Shown: piece by piece, positions 47,072-64,000 of the stretch | How positions within the stretch are numbered: position 1 is the stretch's first letter | Layout of the letters: each line of letters opens with the position of its first letter | Origin: the human T2T-CHM13v2.0 reference genome, Homo sapiens | DNA length: 64,000 nt | Reading direction: 5' to 3' (one strand) | Assembly (NCBI RefSeq): GCF_009914755.1 | Contig: NC_060935.1 | Program-made: the position numbers and the translations under genes | Notes under the pieces: model-generated | Databases searched by the model: none | Told to the model about the DNA's origin: nothing | Seen by the model: the letters and a program-made list of their open reading frames with translations, nothing else

Positions 47072-47564
47072 TGAGGAAGAGGAACAGTGGTGGGTAGGGT
47101 GGAAGAGAAAGGAGAGAGAAAGATAAGGGTAGGGGATAGGTGGGACAGGGTCAAAGGACATCACTGCCCTGCCTCGAGTCCACTGCAGAACTGCCTCCCA
47201 GTCTGTGGCACCAGAAAGACCCATGGATGGGGCAGGCAGGAGGACTGGTGGCTTCACCCAACCTCGGCTGCAGATAAGGGGAGATCTTGGCCAAGCCCTT
47301 CTTGCCTCTGGGCTCAGTTTCTCCCTCTCTAAAAGGATTGCGGAGGCCTTTCTGGACTGTATAGCCTTGAAGGGGAGGTGGCCAGAGCCACTGAGTCTCT
47401 CCCCTTCTTCTCTGGGTCTGGGAAATGCTGTCATAGCCTCCTCTTTCTGGGTTCTGTCTCCTCCACTGGACCAGACAGACAAGGAGCTCTGAGGATGGGG
47501 CCGGGCACTCAGACTGTGCCTACTGGAAGGGTGCCCCCTTCACCAAGTGCTTCCCATTGGCCCC

Positions 47565-47700
47565 GCTTCTGACACATGTCATCTTGTTCGAATCCTCCCT
47601 ACAGCCATATGAGGTGCAATTCTCTCCCCACTTTACAGATGGGGAAACTGAGGCTCAGAGAGGGGGTGATGCGCCCGGCATCTCACAGCTGGGCCAGTGT
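47565..47700 (-). mobile_element. MIR
   Basis: ccccactttacagatggggaaactgaggctcagagagg core. Similar MIR cores at about 41080-41125, 53780-53860 and 54120-54180. Confidence 0.75.
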
Positions 47701-48058
47701 AGGTGTGGAATCAGCAGAGCCAGCAGTAGATCCCCATTTTGCCCTCTCCTCTATTGTATCCACAGCACCTAGAAGAGCACACAGCACCTACGAGGCGCTC
47801 AGTAAATGCTTGCTGGGCAGGGCTTGCTGGGGGGTGGTTCCTGGTCAACCTCGCAGAGCAACTGGCCCCGAAGGAGCAGCTCGAGCCAGGGCCTGGACCT
47901 CCGCTATTGGAGGCACGTGTGTCTGGGAAGACCCCCTTCACCCAGCACAGGGGGCTTGGGCTTGTTACACCCCCACTTCACGGAAGAGGCAACTGAGCAG
48001 CCGAAAAGTGCTGTGACTTGCCCGAGGTCCTGCAGAGGCTGGGCTGGTGTCTCACTAG

Positions 48059-48396
<338 letters not shown>

Positions 48397-49384
48397 TGAT
48401 GACAGGTCCCTAAGCCAGGGCCCAGAACACCCACAAACGGTGACTGCCAGGCTGCTGTGAGGATGGTGCTACCCAGAGGGGCCCCTACACTAGCTCTTTC
48501 TCTCCCTCCCGAGACCCGTAAGTACGTGGCGACAGACTCACTGAATGCCGGTGAGGGACACAGCCCAGATGCCATCTGTCCGTGCCCCATTCTGGCTGTG
48601 CCAGGAACAGGACATTGCCATCCCAGTCTCAGCGCCCTCTTGCGGGACCTCACTGGGCCCTGCCCACATTGTTTGTTTCTGCTCCTTCTGAGCTCCCTCC
48701 TGCATCACGCTCCACATGGTGTAACTGCTTACTGGGAACCACATTCCACTAGGGCCTCTGGGGTTGTGTACCCAAACATCAAGGGAATTCTTTAGCGGCA
48801 ATAAAGACAATTTATTGGGATGTGCCGTTTTTGCAGACAGCTGCGTGCATCTATTATTTCCTTTCTTCGAAATAAAAATATCTTATACTTTTTTTCATGT
48901 TTTAAAATGTATGCTCCTTGTCACAACAAAACAAAACAAAAAACAAAACAAAAACAAAACTCAAACCTGTGGCCACATCCTGAGATCTCTCTCGACCCCA
49001 CTCTGTTCCCCAGAGCTGTGTCATCTTTTAAACATTTGCTGACTTAGGAGTTCAGTGATTTCATTGTTACTTTAATTTGCATCCCTTTGTAGCCTAATGA
49101 GGTGGAGCTTTATTTTAGGCATTCCTCACTGATATTTCCTCTTTCTTGGGAACTTCTGGTTCAAGTCTTTTCCCATATGTGGAATTTAAGGCTGAATGTA
49201 TGGGATTTTAAAGGCTCTGCAGGAAGCAGAATTTTGGCACCCATGATCTTCACTCCTGGTGTCCTGCCTGTGGTTGTGCTAGATGAGATGGCAAAAAGGA
49301 TTTTGTAGATGCGATTGAAGTCACGAATGAGCTGATCTTAAATTAGGGAGATCATCCTAGATTATCTGATGAGCCCAGTGTAAT

Positions 49385-50380
<996 letters not shown>

Positions 50381-50455
50381 TAATCATATGAGCCCTTGGC
50401 TCACTGCAACCTCTGTCTCCCAGGTTCAAGCGATTCTCCTGTCTCAGCCTCCTGA

Positions 50456-52072
<1,617 letters not shown>

Positions 52073-52769
52073 TAGCTGGGACTATAGACACGTGCCACCA
52101 CGTCTGGCTAACTTTTTGTATTTCAGTAGAGACGGGGCTTCACCATGTTGGCCAGGATGGTCTCGATCTCCTGACCTCGTGATCCACCTGCCTCGGTCTC
52201 CCAAAGGGCTGGGATTACAGGCGTCTTGCTGCATCTCGAAGCGTCTTCAGCGTGCTCTTGCTTGCTGGCTCTGATGATGGAGGTGTTCAAGCCATTGTGG
52301 AAGGAATGCAGTGGCCTCTAGGAGTGAGAATGACACCAGCCAACATCCAGCAAGAAGACGTGGACTTCAGTCCTAGGCCCATGGAGACAATTCTGTTAAC
52401 ATCCTGGATGAGCCTGGAAGTGGGCTTTCCCCAGAGTCTGCAGATAAGAGCCCACGGCAGCTGACATTTTGACTCTAGCCTCGTGAGGCCCTGAGACAGG
52501 AGGTTTCCTGCCCCGCAGGACTGAAAGATGATGAATGGGAGTTATTTTATATTTTCAGATTGTGGTAATTAGTCACTGTAGCAATAGAAAACGAATACAA
52601 GGTCTTTATGCATTAATGTTGAAAACACTTTTTATATACGTTGTAAATATTTTTTAAGTGTGTCATATGTTTTTAAACTTTTCCCTTAATGATATTGAAT
52701 CCTCCTAATTTCACCATCAGAGGGTAAACTCCAGTTCCATTCTGGGGGGAGTCCTTTGCAGTCACCCCG

Positions 52770-52945
52770 TGTACTCAATACTCACATGCATCAGAATCAC
52801 CCCGAATGCTTGTTAAAACACAGATTCCTGGGTCCTCCCCGCAGAGTTGCTGATTTAGTAGGTTTAAGGGCCCAAGAATTTGCATTTCTAAAATGTTTCC
52901 AGGTGATGCTGAAGCTTCTGGCCGGAAAGACATCCTTTGAGAACA
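52770..52945. mobile_element. MER5A hAT MITE abutting the TPCN2 promoter
   Basis: gcatcagaatcacc..cttgttaaaacacagattcctggg..aatttgcatttcta..caggtgatgctga..tttgagaac. Confidence 0.8.
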
Positions 52946-52949
52946 TATT

Positions 52950-53720
<771 letters not shown>

Positions 53721-54624
53721 GTCGCCTAATTGACTCAGAGAAGGCAGCACTTTGATTTTTCCCGTTTCTTCTGGAAAAAGCAGAGGCTCACAGAGAGGCG
53801 TTACCCTACCCAAGGTCACACAGCCAGTAAGTGGCCGAGGTGGGATTCGAACCAGTTGGGAGCTAGGAGTCCTTTCTTTGTAGGGTGCCTTTCCCCGTCC
53901 CACTTCCCGTGGGGCTGGGGCGGGCCCCCTAGACGGGGGCGGCTTCCTCTCCTTGCCCTCTGCCACCCCAGAGTCCCCTCTGCACTCCCTCCTGCCCTTC
54001 CTGTTTTTTGTCCTGGTCTGAAGATTGCTGAATCCGCCCCCCGAGGGTGGGGTGCGTCCGCCCCTCGCTGACACCAGGGGAATGAGATTCTGGATTAAGA
54101 GGTGGAAGGACCTTAGCTTCACTTCACAGATGAGGAAACTGAGGCCCAGAGAGGCCCTGAGACCTGCCCAAGGTCACAGCCCTCTGTTCTGGTGCGGCTG
54201 CTGCTCGAACCACTCTGAGAATTCACACCTGGCTCCTTCCCTCTCTGGCCTCTCTTTCCTTCTTTCCTCCTCTGTCTGGAAGGAACTGGGTTGGAATCCT
54301 GGTGCCCACCCACTGGTCTGTGGCATGTGCCCATCCATGGAGTAATGAGGGGCCAAGGAGGGGACCCTGACGAGAGATGAAAAACCAGAGGCCAAGGTGG
54401 CCACCCTGTCTGCTCACCTCAGAAGCTGCCTCCAGGAAGTTCTTCAGGTGCTTCCTGGGACCAGTCAGGAAGGAGATCTGCAGGGAGCAGCTCTGGCAGG
54501 CCCCTTGATGAGACGCCCAGCATATGGCACCGTTCAGGGAACACAGACTTTGTGTCTAGGGGTCTGGGCGCCTTTCTGGGGCTGCACTGGCTGTGTGACC
54601 TTGGCAGGTTGCTTAACCTTTCTG

Positions 54625-54918
54625 TTTCTTTTTTGAGATGGAGTATCACTCTGTCACCCAGGCTGGAGTGCAGTGGCGTGATCTCGGCTCACTGCAGCCT
54701 CTACCTCTGCTGGGTTGAAGCGATTCTCCCGCCTCAGCCTCCCAAGTAGCTGGGACTGCAGGCGCCCGCCACCACACTTGGCTAATTTTTGTATTTTTAG
54801 TAGAGATGGGGTTTCACCGTGTTGGCCAGGGTGGTCTCAAACTCCTGACCTCGGGTGATCTGCCTGCCTCGGCCTCCCAAAGTGGTGGGATTACAGGCGT
54901 GAGCCACTGTGCCTGGCC
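54625..54918 (-). mobile_element. AluS in TPCN2 intron 1, inserted in a MIR
   Basis: Full Alu. The flanks tggctgtgtgaccttggcagg..cttaacct and ..aaaagggagataata..tgtgaggatt are MIR core sequence. Confidence 0.9.
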
Positions 54919-57900
54919 ATGCTTCACCTTTCCGAATCTCAGTAAAAGGGAGATAATACTAAGGACTGCCTGGCGGGCATTGTGAGGATTCAGAGAGAAT
55001 CCAGAGTTTGTCCTCAGCACAGGGCCCGGCGGGCTGGTGTGGGGGCCAGTGGCCGTCCTGGGTAAGCTCTGTGATCATTGCAGGTCCTCCCTGGCAGGTG
55101 AGACCCGCTCTGCTGGGCAGTGTGGCTGACAAGAGGAGGCTCTCGGGGAGCGCTCTTTGTCCCTATGCTGTGGCCTCAGCCAGGGCTTCTGAGAACGTGG
55201 ACAGGACGCTCTGTGTTCTGAATCCCCTTGGCCAGGGTCCCCAGCAAGGACTGGCAGACTATGGAGCCGTGGAGACTCCGAAAGGCTCATTCAGTCTCTG
55301 TGCTGAGGCCTGTGCCAGGCTTTGAAATGAAGGCCCTGTGCTCTGGTTTGCAAGTCCTGTGGTTGGTCTCTTGCCAACGGGTTGTGGTGGGGGCTGCTGC
55401 TGTGGGTGCCCCAAGGACCCCAGTGGACCCTGCTGTTGGGTCGTTTTGACTTGGCCCCACCTGATGGGGCCGGGGTCAAAGGTTGAGAACAGTTGTTTTC
55501 TCTTGTTTCTGGGTCAGAAAAATCACACTTTTACTGGTTATCAAACAAGTCAGAGGACAAGGGATTGCGATGCTGTAGAGGCTTTCAGAGTAACTGAATG
55601 CTTATGAAGGGCTCACTTAGCAAAGTACTCTGGCTATAGTAAGTCATTCAGTCTGTACTTAGCTCCTATTGGGTGGGGGTCCATGAGGACCTGGAGCACC
55701 TAGAGGTTGAGGGACTTGCCCAGGGTCACAGAGGATGATGGTCAGGACCCTACACAGGTTGTGCAGCCTGGAGCCTGGAGCAACAGGGGAGCGGGAGCTC
55801 AGACCTGGATGTTGCGGGGCAGAGGCTTGGATTAGGAAGCCGTGTCGAGGCCTGGTGTGCCGGATGCAGTATCTCAGCCCCTGCTGTCCTCTGTGCCTTG
55901 CAGAACCCTTCAGCCCCAGTGGGTGATGGTGTGTGGAAAGGTGATTGTCCCCCAGGGTGATGAGCTCAGGGCGGGGCGAGCTGTCCCAAGGGAGTCCCTG
56001 GACTCACAAATTGGGGGATGGTGCTCCTGGCAGAAGCAGCAGCCTGAGTAAAGGGTTGGAGGCTTTGGAGAGCATGGCCTTGGCAGAGCCCAGTTCGGAA
56101 TGAGTGGCACTGAGGGTTGAAAGGCAGGAGAGAGGCGGGCCGGCAAATGTGGGAACCTGCAGTGCCAGACCAGGGTGGAGTGTGGGCCTGGAATAGTGGG
56201 GGCCCAGGGGAAGCTGCGATGTGCTTCTGAGTGTTTGGAACGAGATCCTTGGGCTGTTGCAGGGTGAAACGGAGGATGGCCAGACCCAGAATTTTACAAA
56301 CCAGCAACCAAAAAGCCAGGCGAAAGGGAACCACGAGTGCTGGATGGTTCCAGGGGTGCCCACCACTGTTGGCCTGGGATGGCTGGCCTGGGTGGATGTG
56401 AGTACTTTCCGTGGTCCTGGGGCTGGAGTGAGGCCCGGAACTCGGCCGCTTGTCTCTTGTCTAAGAAGCTTGTATCACTAGATCTCTCCTGGTAGAGATT
56501 TTGTCTTCTCCCAGGGAATCTGGTAAGGTGGGGCCTCTCAGATCACCGGCCCCCCAGGCTCCCCTCAGGGCTGTTCATTTATTCATGGGATATATCAGCT
56601 TTGAGTCCTGTGTGCTTGACTTCTGGGCTCTGCAGATACAGCAGGGAACAAAACAGTGTGGCTTCTGTTCATAGCGATCCCAGGATGTGCTCAGGGGACA
56701 TAAACAGTAGCCACTTTCAGAGCTTCCCTGGGGAGACATTCGGGTGTCCTCAGGGTGGGTCTCGTGGCTGTGCATGTGGGCACCAAAGCCACAGGGAGGG
56801 AAGGCTCTTGCTCCCGGCAGTGCAGCAGGGCCGGGCAGAGCGAGGGTGGGGTCCGGTCTCCTGCCTCTGTCTGGGGCCCCTCACACCTCTAATCCGTCCA
56901 GGGCCCAGCTGCCTATACCTCATGCCCCCAAGCAGGAGCCCCGAGGACAGGGGCAGCTGCCTCCCTAAGGATGGCCAGTGGCGTGGGCGGGTCATGGCCT
57001 GGAGCTCTGCCTGGGGACCAGCACCTCCTGAGGCCTCTGCTGCTGCCTCCCATGTCACCACATTGTCTTGGTGCAGCTGTGGGCCCCAAGGGGCCAGGTG
57101 TGAAAGCCGAGTCTCAACTGAAAAAGCAGCTGCTTCACCCTCTCCCCGTGCTGGGAAGTGTCAGCCTCTCCGGGCTCCTCAGTTGCTTCGGGTTGAGTTT
57201 TTCTTCCCTGTTGGCCTGCTGGGGAGCAGCTCTGCAGCGAGGCCAGAGGTGGCCCGTGCCTACGATGCGGGTGGGTGGCCCAGGCTCCCTGCAGTGGCTC
57301 AGTGGCTGACCAGGTGCGCCCGCTGGCTGCTCTGTGGCAGGCGAGGGGCTTGTGAGCAGGCCAGGGTGCTGGGTCCTGGCTTCTGTGCCGCCTGACTTTT
57401 CCTGAAGGCCCCTCCTAGTCAGGAGCCACTGCCGCTTTTGCCCAGGCCTGCCGGGAGGCTCCACCCTGCTTGTGCTGTTGGTAAAGGCGGGCGGCCACCC
57501 TTCACCACAGAAGGCACCGGCAGAGGCTGGGGGACTCGGGCGTTCCTGCAGCTCTGACCCTGGGAGTGATTTGGGTGGGCTTGCCTGGGCCCATGGACCG
57601 GGACAGTGAGGGAATGGGACCTTGGTAGCACTCATGAAGCCTCATGGCAGTGCCTTTGGGTTCTAGATGCCAGTTCTCCCTGTCACTGTTGAATCCGAGG
57701 TCTGGTTTGATGGGGGTGGGTGGGACACTGGGTACAGTGTCCTGGCTCATGAAGACTGTGCAGGAGCCAGGTAGGGCCGAGCGGAAGAGGGGTGACAGCA
57801 GCCCCAGGTACCGAGCATGCCTGGGGAGCGTGGCAGGGGGCTCTTGTGCTCCTGCGTTGCACCTCACAGTACCCTCTGGGGAGCCGATTGGGTGGCTGTA

Positions 57901-58203
57901 AATAGCCCCACTTGACAGAGGAGGAGCCAGCCACAGCCTTCCTGCCAGCACGTGGAGGAGCCGGGCTCTGAACCCCGACGCTGGTGCCAGGGCCCTGCAG
58001 GATGTGCCGCTTCCCACAGGCTTGCTAGTTGTGTGCGCTGCATGCGGAGGTGCCGTGCCCTGGGCCTGGCCTGTGCATTTGATGCCGAGGCACTTACCTG
58101 GTTTGGTCCCTGCCCTGGGCAGGTACATGCAGCCCCACTGCCGGGTGGAGTCATCTCTTTACAAACGGCCTTGGGAAGAACCACAGCCGGCATCTTTCCT
58201 TGA

Positions 58204-58446
<243 letters not shown>

Positions 58447-58961
58447 TAGGTTAAGAGAACTGAGGGTGGAGCCTCTGGGCACGGCTCTTCGTCAGTCCCC
58501 GGAGGACTTGTCTTCTGCATCCTGGACGCATTTGCTGCTTTGATGCACCGTGTTCTGAGGCCTGTTGTGGACCACCCCATTCTAGGTCCCGGGTGGGTGG
58601 GGGCATCCTGGAGGATGACACAGCTGCACGGGGCATGGGAGGGTCAGCCTTGCACAGAGAAGAGAGAGCCTCGCAGGCAGACACGGGCACAGCTGTGCTC
58701 TCAGCAAGTGTTCCCTGAGCGTTTGCTCACGCACCCACCCACCCCGGGTGTGTGGCCTGTGAGGTCTTGTGTGTTGGGCAAACCTCGTGGTTTGTGATGG
58801 TGTGGGCCTGATGGGTCAGGGCTGGCCATGTCCACACGCTGAAGCGTCCCCTGTGATCCACAGCCTGAGACTTGGGCCTGTCTCGTGTGTGGTGTGGGGC
58901 TCGGGTCACGGCCCACCCTGCATGCACCCATGTCATGCCTCATGTGACTTTTCGCTTGTAG

Positions 58962-59038
58962 TACCGCTCCATCAACCACCGGGTGGATGCCAGCTCGATG
59001 TGGCTTTACCGACGGTATTACTCGAACGTATGCCAACG
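58962..59038 (+). CDS. TPCN2: TPCN2 coding exon 3 (77 nt)
   Basis: ttgtag|TAC...CG|gtgaga. Encodes YRSINHRVDASSMWLYRRYYSNVCQ(R). Confidence 0.95.
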
Positions 59039-59371
59039 GTGAGAACGCACCCATGTGGAACTCAGGGTTCCTGCCGGCTTGCGTGGCAGGGGAGGCTGGC
59101 CCCCACCTGGGGATCACCTGGTCTCAGGGTCCAGGCAGGCTCCCCACTACATAGATAGGGCGGTTACCATCATCCTCTCTGGAAAGGAGACGGCCTGTGA
59201 TGGCAGGCTCCTTCTACAACAAGGGTTCCTTTCTGGAATGCTGTGGTCAGCCCTCGGCAATGGAGCTTTGAGCAGATTCGTGATCTCCCCAGTCACGAGT
59301 GTCCACGCTCAGGCAGCGCCAACTCCCGTGCTTCGGACTGGGGAAGCTCCTGACCAGCCTCTGGGCCCTGA

Positions 59372-59668
<297 letters not shown>

Positions 59669-59769
59669 TGATTCTCTGGAGTGAGCTGCCTTTTCCCCAG
59701 ACTTTGTACTTTGACCCGGTGAGCAAGGCACACTTTCTTGGACAAGCAAGTGCCTGAGGCAGAGGCTAT

Positions 59770-60050
59770 GTCAGCTCTCCTCCCTCTCCACCATGCAAAC
59801 TGAGGCCAGTGTGCCGTCAGCTCTCCTCCCTCTCCACCATGCAAACTGAGGCCAGTGTGCCGTCAGCTCTCCTCCCTCTCCACCATGCAAACTGAGGCCA
59901 GTGTGCCGTCAGCTCTCCTCCCTCTCCACCATGCAAACTGAGGCCAGTGTGCCGTCAGCTCTCCTCCCTCTCCACCATGCAAACTGAGCCCAGTGTGCCG
60001 TCAGCTCTCCTCCCTCTCCACCATGCAGACTGAGCCCAGTGGGCCGTCAG
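59770..60050. repeat. 46-bp minisatellite, 6 copies plus 5 bp, in TPCN2 intron 4
   Basis: Unit gtcagctctcctccctctccaccatgcaaactgaggccagtgtgcc starting at 59770, 59816, 59862, 59908, 59954 and 60000. Confidence 0.97.
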
Positions 60051-60811
60051 GGGTTGCGCAGGCTGGCAGGGCCTCTGGGAACAGTCCAGTGTCTGCAGTG
60101 CTGCTGTGAGGAGAGGTCCCAAGTGAATAAGTGAGGCCCAGGTGGTCCCTCCTCAAGGCTCACCCTGCCACCCCAAAGAGAAGAGGAGAGGAGGTGGGCG
60201 TGGGGCAGAAAGGGGTTTCTTATGCACACAGCAGCTGCTGCATGTTTGACTCTGGGTTCTGCCTGTGACGCACGTCCTCCCACAAGCTGGAGGTGGGCCT
60301 TTGGTGCTCACCTAAGCTTCTGAGCCTCGTCAGAGACTTAGTGCCTTTCCAGGGAGGTGCAGGCTACGTTTTCTATTTTTGTCAAACAGTGATTCCAGTG
60401 CTGCGGTCTCAGGGGCCCCCACATCCATGCCCATGGTGTTAGATCAGGCCCTGGCTGCAGCCGTCCTCAGCGCCAGCCCTGCCGCTCCTTGGCTGGGCCT
60501 TGGGCTCACGTGGCTTCCTGGTCGCATGGGGCCTCTGCCCGGCACTGCCCTGTAGTCCCTTGTGGGCAGGGCGGGCTGTGTGCCGACCGAGGGTTGTGGC
60601 TGGATGCTGGTGTGTGTGATTGCAGGCCCCGGGCAGTTTCTCATTTCTTCCTTTGTAGCTTATCATGTGGTTAGCAGGTCTGGGGGTTTTTCAACTGGAA
60701 CTGAAACTGGCAAGAGGTTGTCATTAGCGTTTTTTGAATGGTTGGTGTGTTTGAGAAGCGTCAAAAGGTGAGAGAGGGTACATCAGCAAGCTGTGACCTC
60801 TGGGGGCTGTC

Positions 60812-61452
<641 letters not shown>

Positions 61453-61594
61453 TAGGTAAGGGAAGAACAGACCAGACCTCACTTCCCAAGCTGCCTTGCT
61501 GTGGCGGCGGAGACCTGCCCACTGAGCTGGTATTTTTCTAGCCTTTTCCAGAGTGCATTCCATGTCTTCTCAGCCTGCACAAGGTGGTTGTTAG

Positions 61595-62341
<747 letters not shown>

Positions 62342-64000
62342 TAGTCACAAGCCCCAAGCTCTGTGAGGTCTGACAGTGAGAAAGCCCCCTCACCCGGCCA
62401 CACTCAGCCCTTTCCACCGCAGTGCCTTGGTTTCCCCTCAGAGCACCCAGAAGCACCCCCTGGGCTTTGGGAGAATAGAGCTGGGAGAGGTGGGTGCGGA
62501 GTCAGCAGAATCCACTGGGGTCTGTCGGGAAGCAGAGCCCCACAGGTGCCTTGTGGAGAGAATGAACAGAGGGCCTTAAACAGGCTCCGAGAAACCAACA
62601 GTGAAAGGAGCCCAGTGGAACCCAGAACCACCGGGAGCAGTCCCACTCATGGGCAGGGGACGGGGGAGAGATGGGGGTTGTTAGCACCTGGAGGCCCAAG
62701 GGAGGGGCCCATAGAGCTGGGTTCTTGCCCTCTGTCCTCTGGGAGGGGGTGCTGTCTGGTGGGCGCTGGTGCCTCCCAGAAGCTCAATGAGGTTGGTCCC
62801 AGCAGTGCCGATGGGGGGCTGGAAGCTCCAGGTGCAGCTGATAGGAACAGCCTAGTGAGTGCATCTCCTGTCCCCGCCTGCCCCAGGGCCCTGCTGGCAG
62901 GACCTGGTGGGGAGTAGCTGCTGAGGAGAGCTGGAATGGGCGGCATCGCAGCCCACAGCACGGCAGAGCGGAGGGGTGGCTGGAGGGCAGCCCCGCTGTG
63001 CTGCTGCGGGGCCTCCGTGGCCACCTCCTTCCTGTCTCCCTGACTCGGCAGCTTCCCGCAGCCTCCTCCCTGCAAAGGGAGAGCCTCTTGCGTGACTGCC
63101 CCAGCAAAGGGAGCGAGGATAGCCCTCCCACCGCCATTTCTGAGTTACGGTTGTGGCAGCTGTATCATGTTCTGTAACTTACAGGCTAAATTGTAAGCCA
63201 CACCAAGAATCCTTATATGAAATTAGGATGGGGAAGGAGACAGGAAAAAGAGACACAGGTCTACGTTACAAGCAAGGAAGAAAATGAATAAAGGCCTGGT
63301 TTTATACCTGGCCGTGGGCCCTGCCTGGATCTCTTCTGCCACCTGCTCCGCGCTCCCTTCGCCTCCGCCAGCTCCCCACCTGGCCCGGGTTTTTCACCTG
63401 GCACAGGGACTGGACCTTCCTCCCTGAGGGGCCCGAGTCCTTGGTGGTCCTGCCTTTGGAAGGCTGGAGTTTTCTGCTAACTTTTCCTATGGGACATAGG
63501 AGTAAGAGGTGGCCCAGAGGACCCCCACCCAGCCCTCCCTGCTGTTCTCAGTGGCAGCAGCCAGCCTGCCCGCTCACCCTGCTGGCACAGCAGCCCTCTT
63601 TCCATGAACAAGCTATGGTCCAGCGTGTGTCCCGGTGGAAGCATCCCCACCTTGGGAGTGGATATTTCCAGAGCGGGGACCCAGAATGGGGGAGGTGGGA
63701 AGTGGAAAGCTGACCATCCACCTGTGCCTCTTCACCATGTTCACTCCCATTGCCCTTGCCTGGGTCCCAGTGGGTCCTGGCTGGGGGAGAGACAGCCCCG
63801 CCAAGTGGCCTCTGGTTCAGAGCCTGTGCTGTGCCCTGTGACCCTAAGCTGACAGCGTTGCTGAGTCTTCCTAAGGCTCTGGGACCCTTCCTACAGCCAG
63901 CTACTGTGGGCCCGCGCCGGGGCTGCCCCAGCTCTTTCACCTGAAGCAGCATTTGCAGGGCTGTGAGTGGGACACAGTGCCCCACAGTTCATTCCCAGGT

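Noticed and set aside
59770-60050. Regular repeats here and at 50170-50358 considered as a CRISPR-like array
   Set aside because: Head-to-tail units with no unique spacers, no cas genes and a eukaryotic context; they are minisatellites.

Overview
This is primate (human-like) genomic DNA, recognisable as the MRGPRF - TPCN2 locus (11q13.3, from prior knowledge). On the minus strand is the complete MRGPRF orphan GPCR gene: a non-coding exon 1, a 48-nt coding segment in exon 2 and a 984-nt coding segment in exon 3, giving 343 aa, with a polyA signal at 8642-8647. On the plus strand are the TPCN2 CpG-island promoter and coding exons 1-5 (codons 1-182 of two-pore channel 2); the gene continues past the window. 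The roughly 36 kb between the two divergent genes is mostly transposon-derived. It holds a decayed ERV-L gag-pro-pol internal region on the minus strand broken by about 10 Alus and a MER20, two MER41-like LTRs and one MER4-like LTR with intact 4-bp TSDs, MaLR LTRs (MLT1, THE1), L1/L2/MIR relics, a mini-MADE1 and several tandem repeats. Almost all other ORFs in the supplied track are GC-rich or repeat-derived noise. I found no evidence of a genuinely new biological system. The best leads are an AUG-less overlapping reading frame spanning the MRGPRF splice junction, a tandemly amplified MER41-like LTR segment with a GAS site about 3 kb upstream of TPCN2, a promoter-like island in MRGPRF intron 1, and a 46-bp minisatellite in TPCN2 intron 4. 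Repeat subfamily names come from recalled consensus similarity, and repeat boundaries are approximate unless TSDs are quoted.
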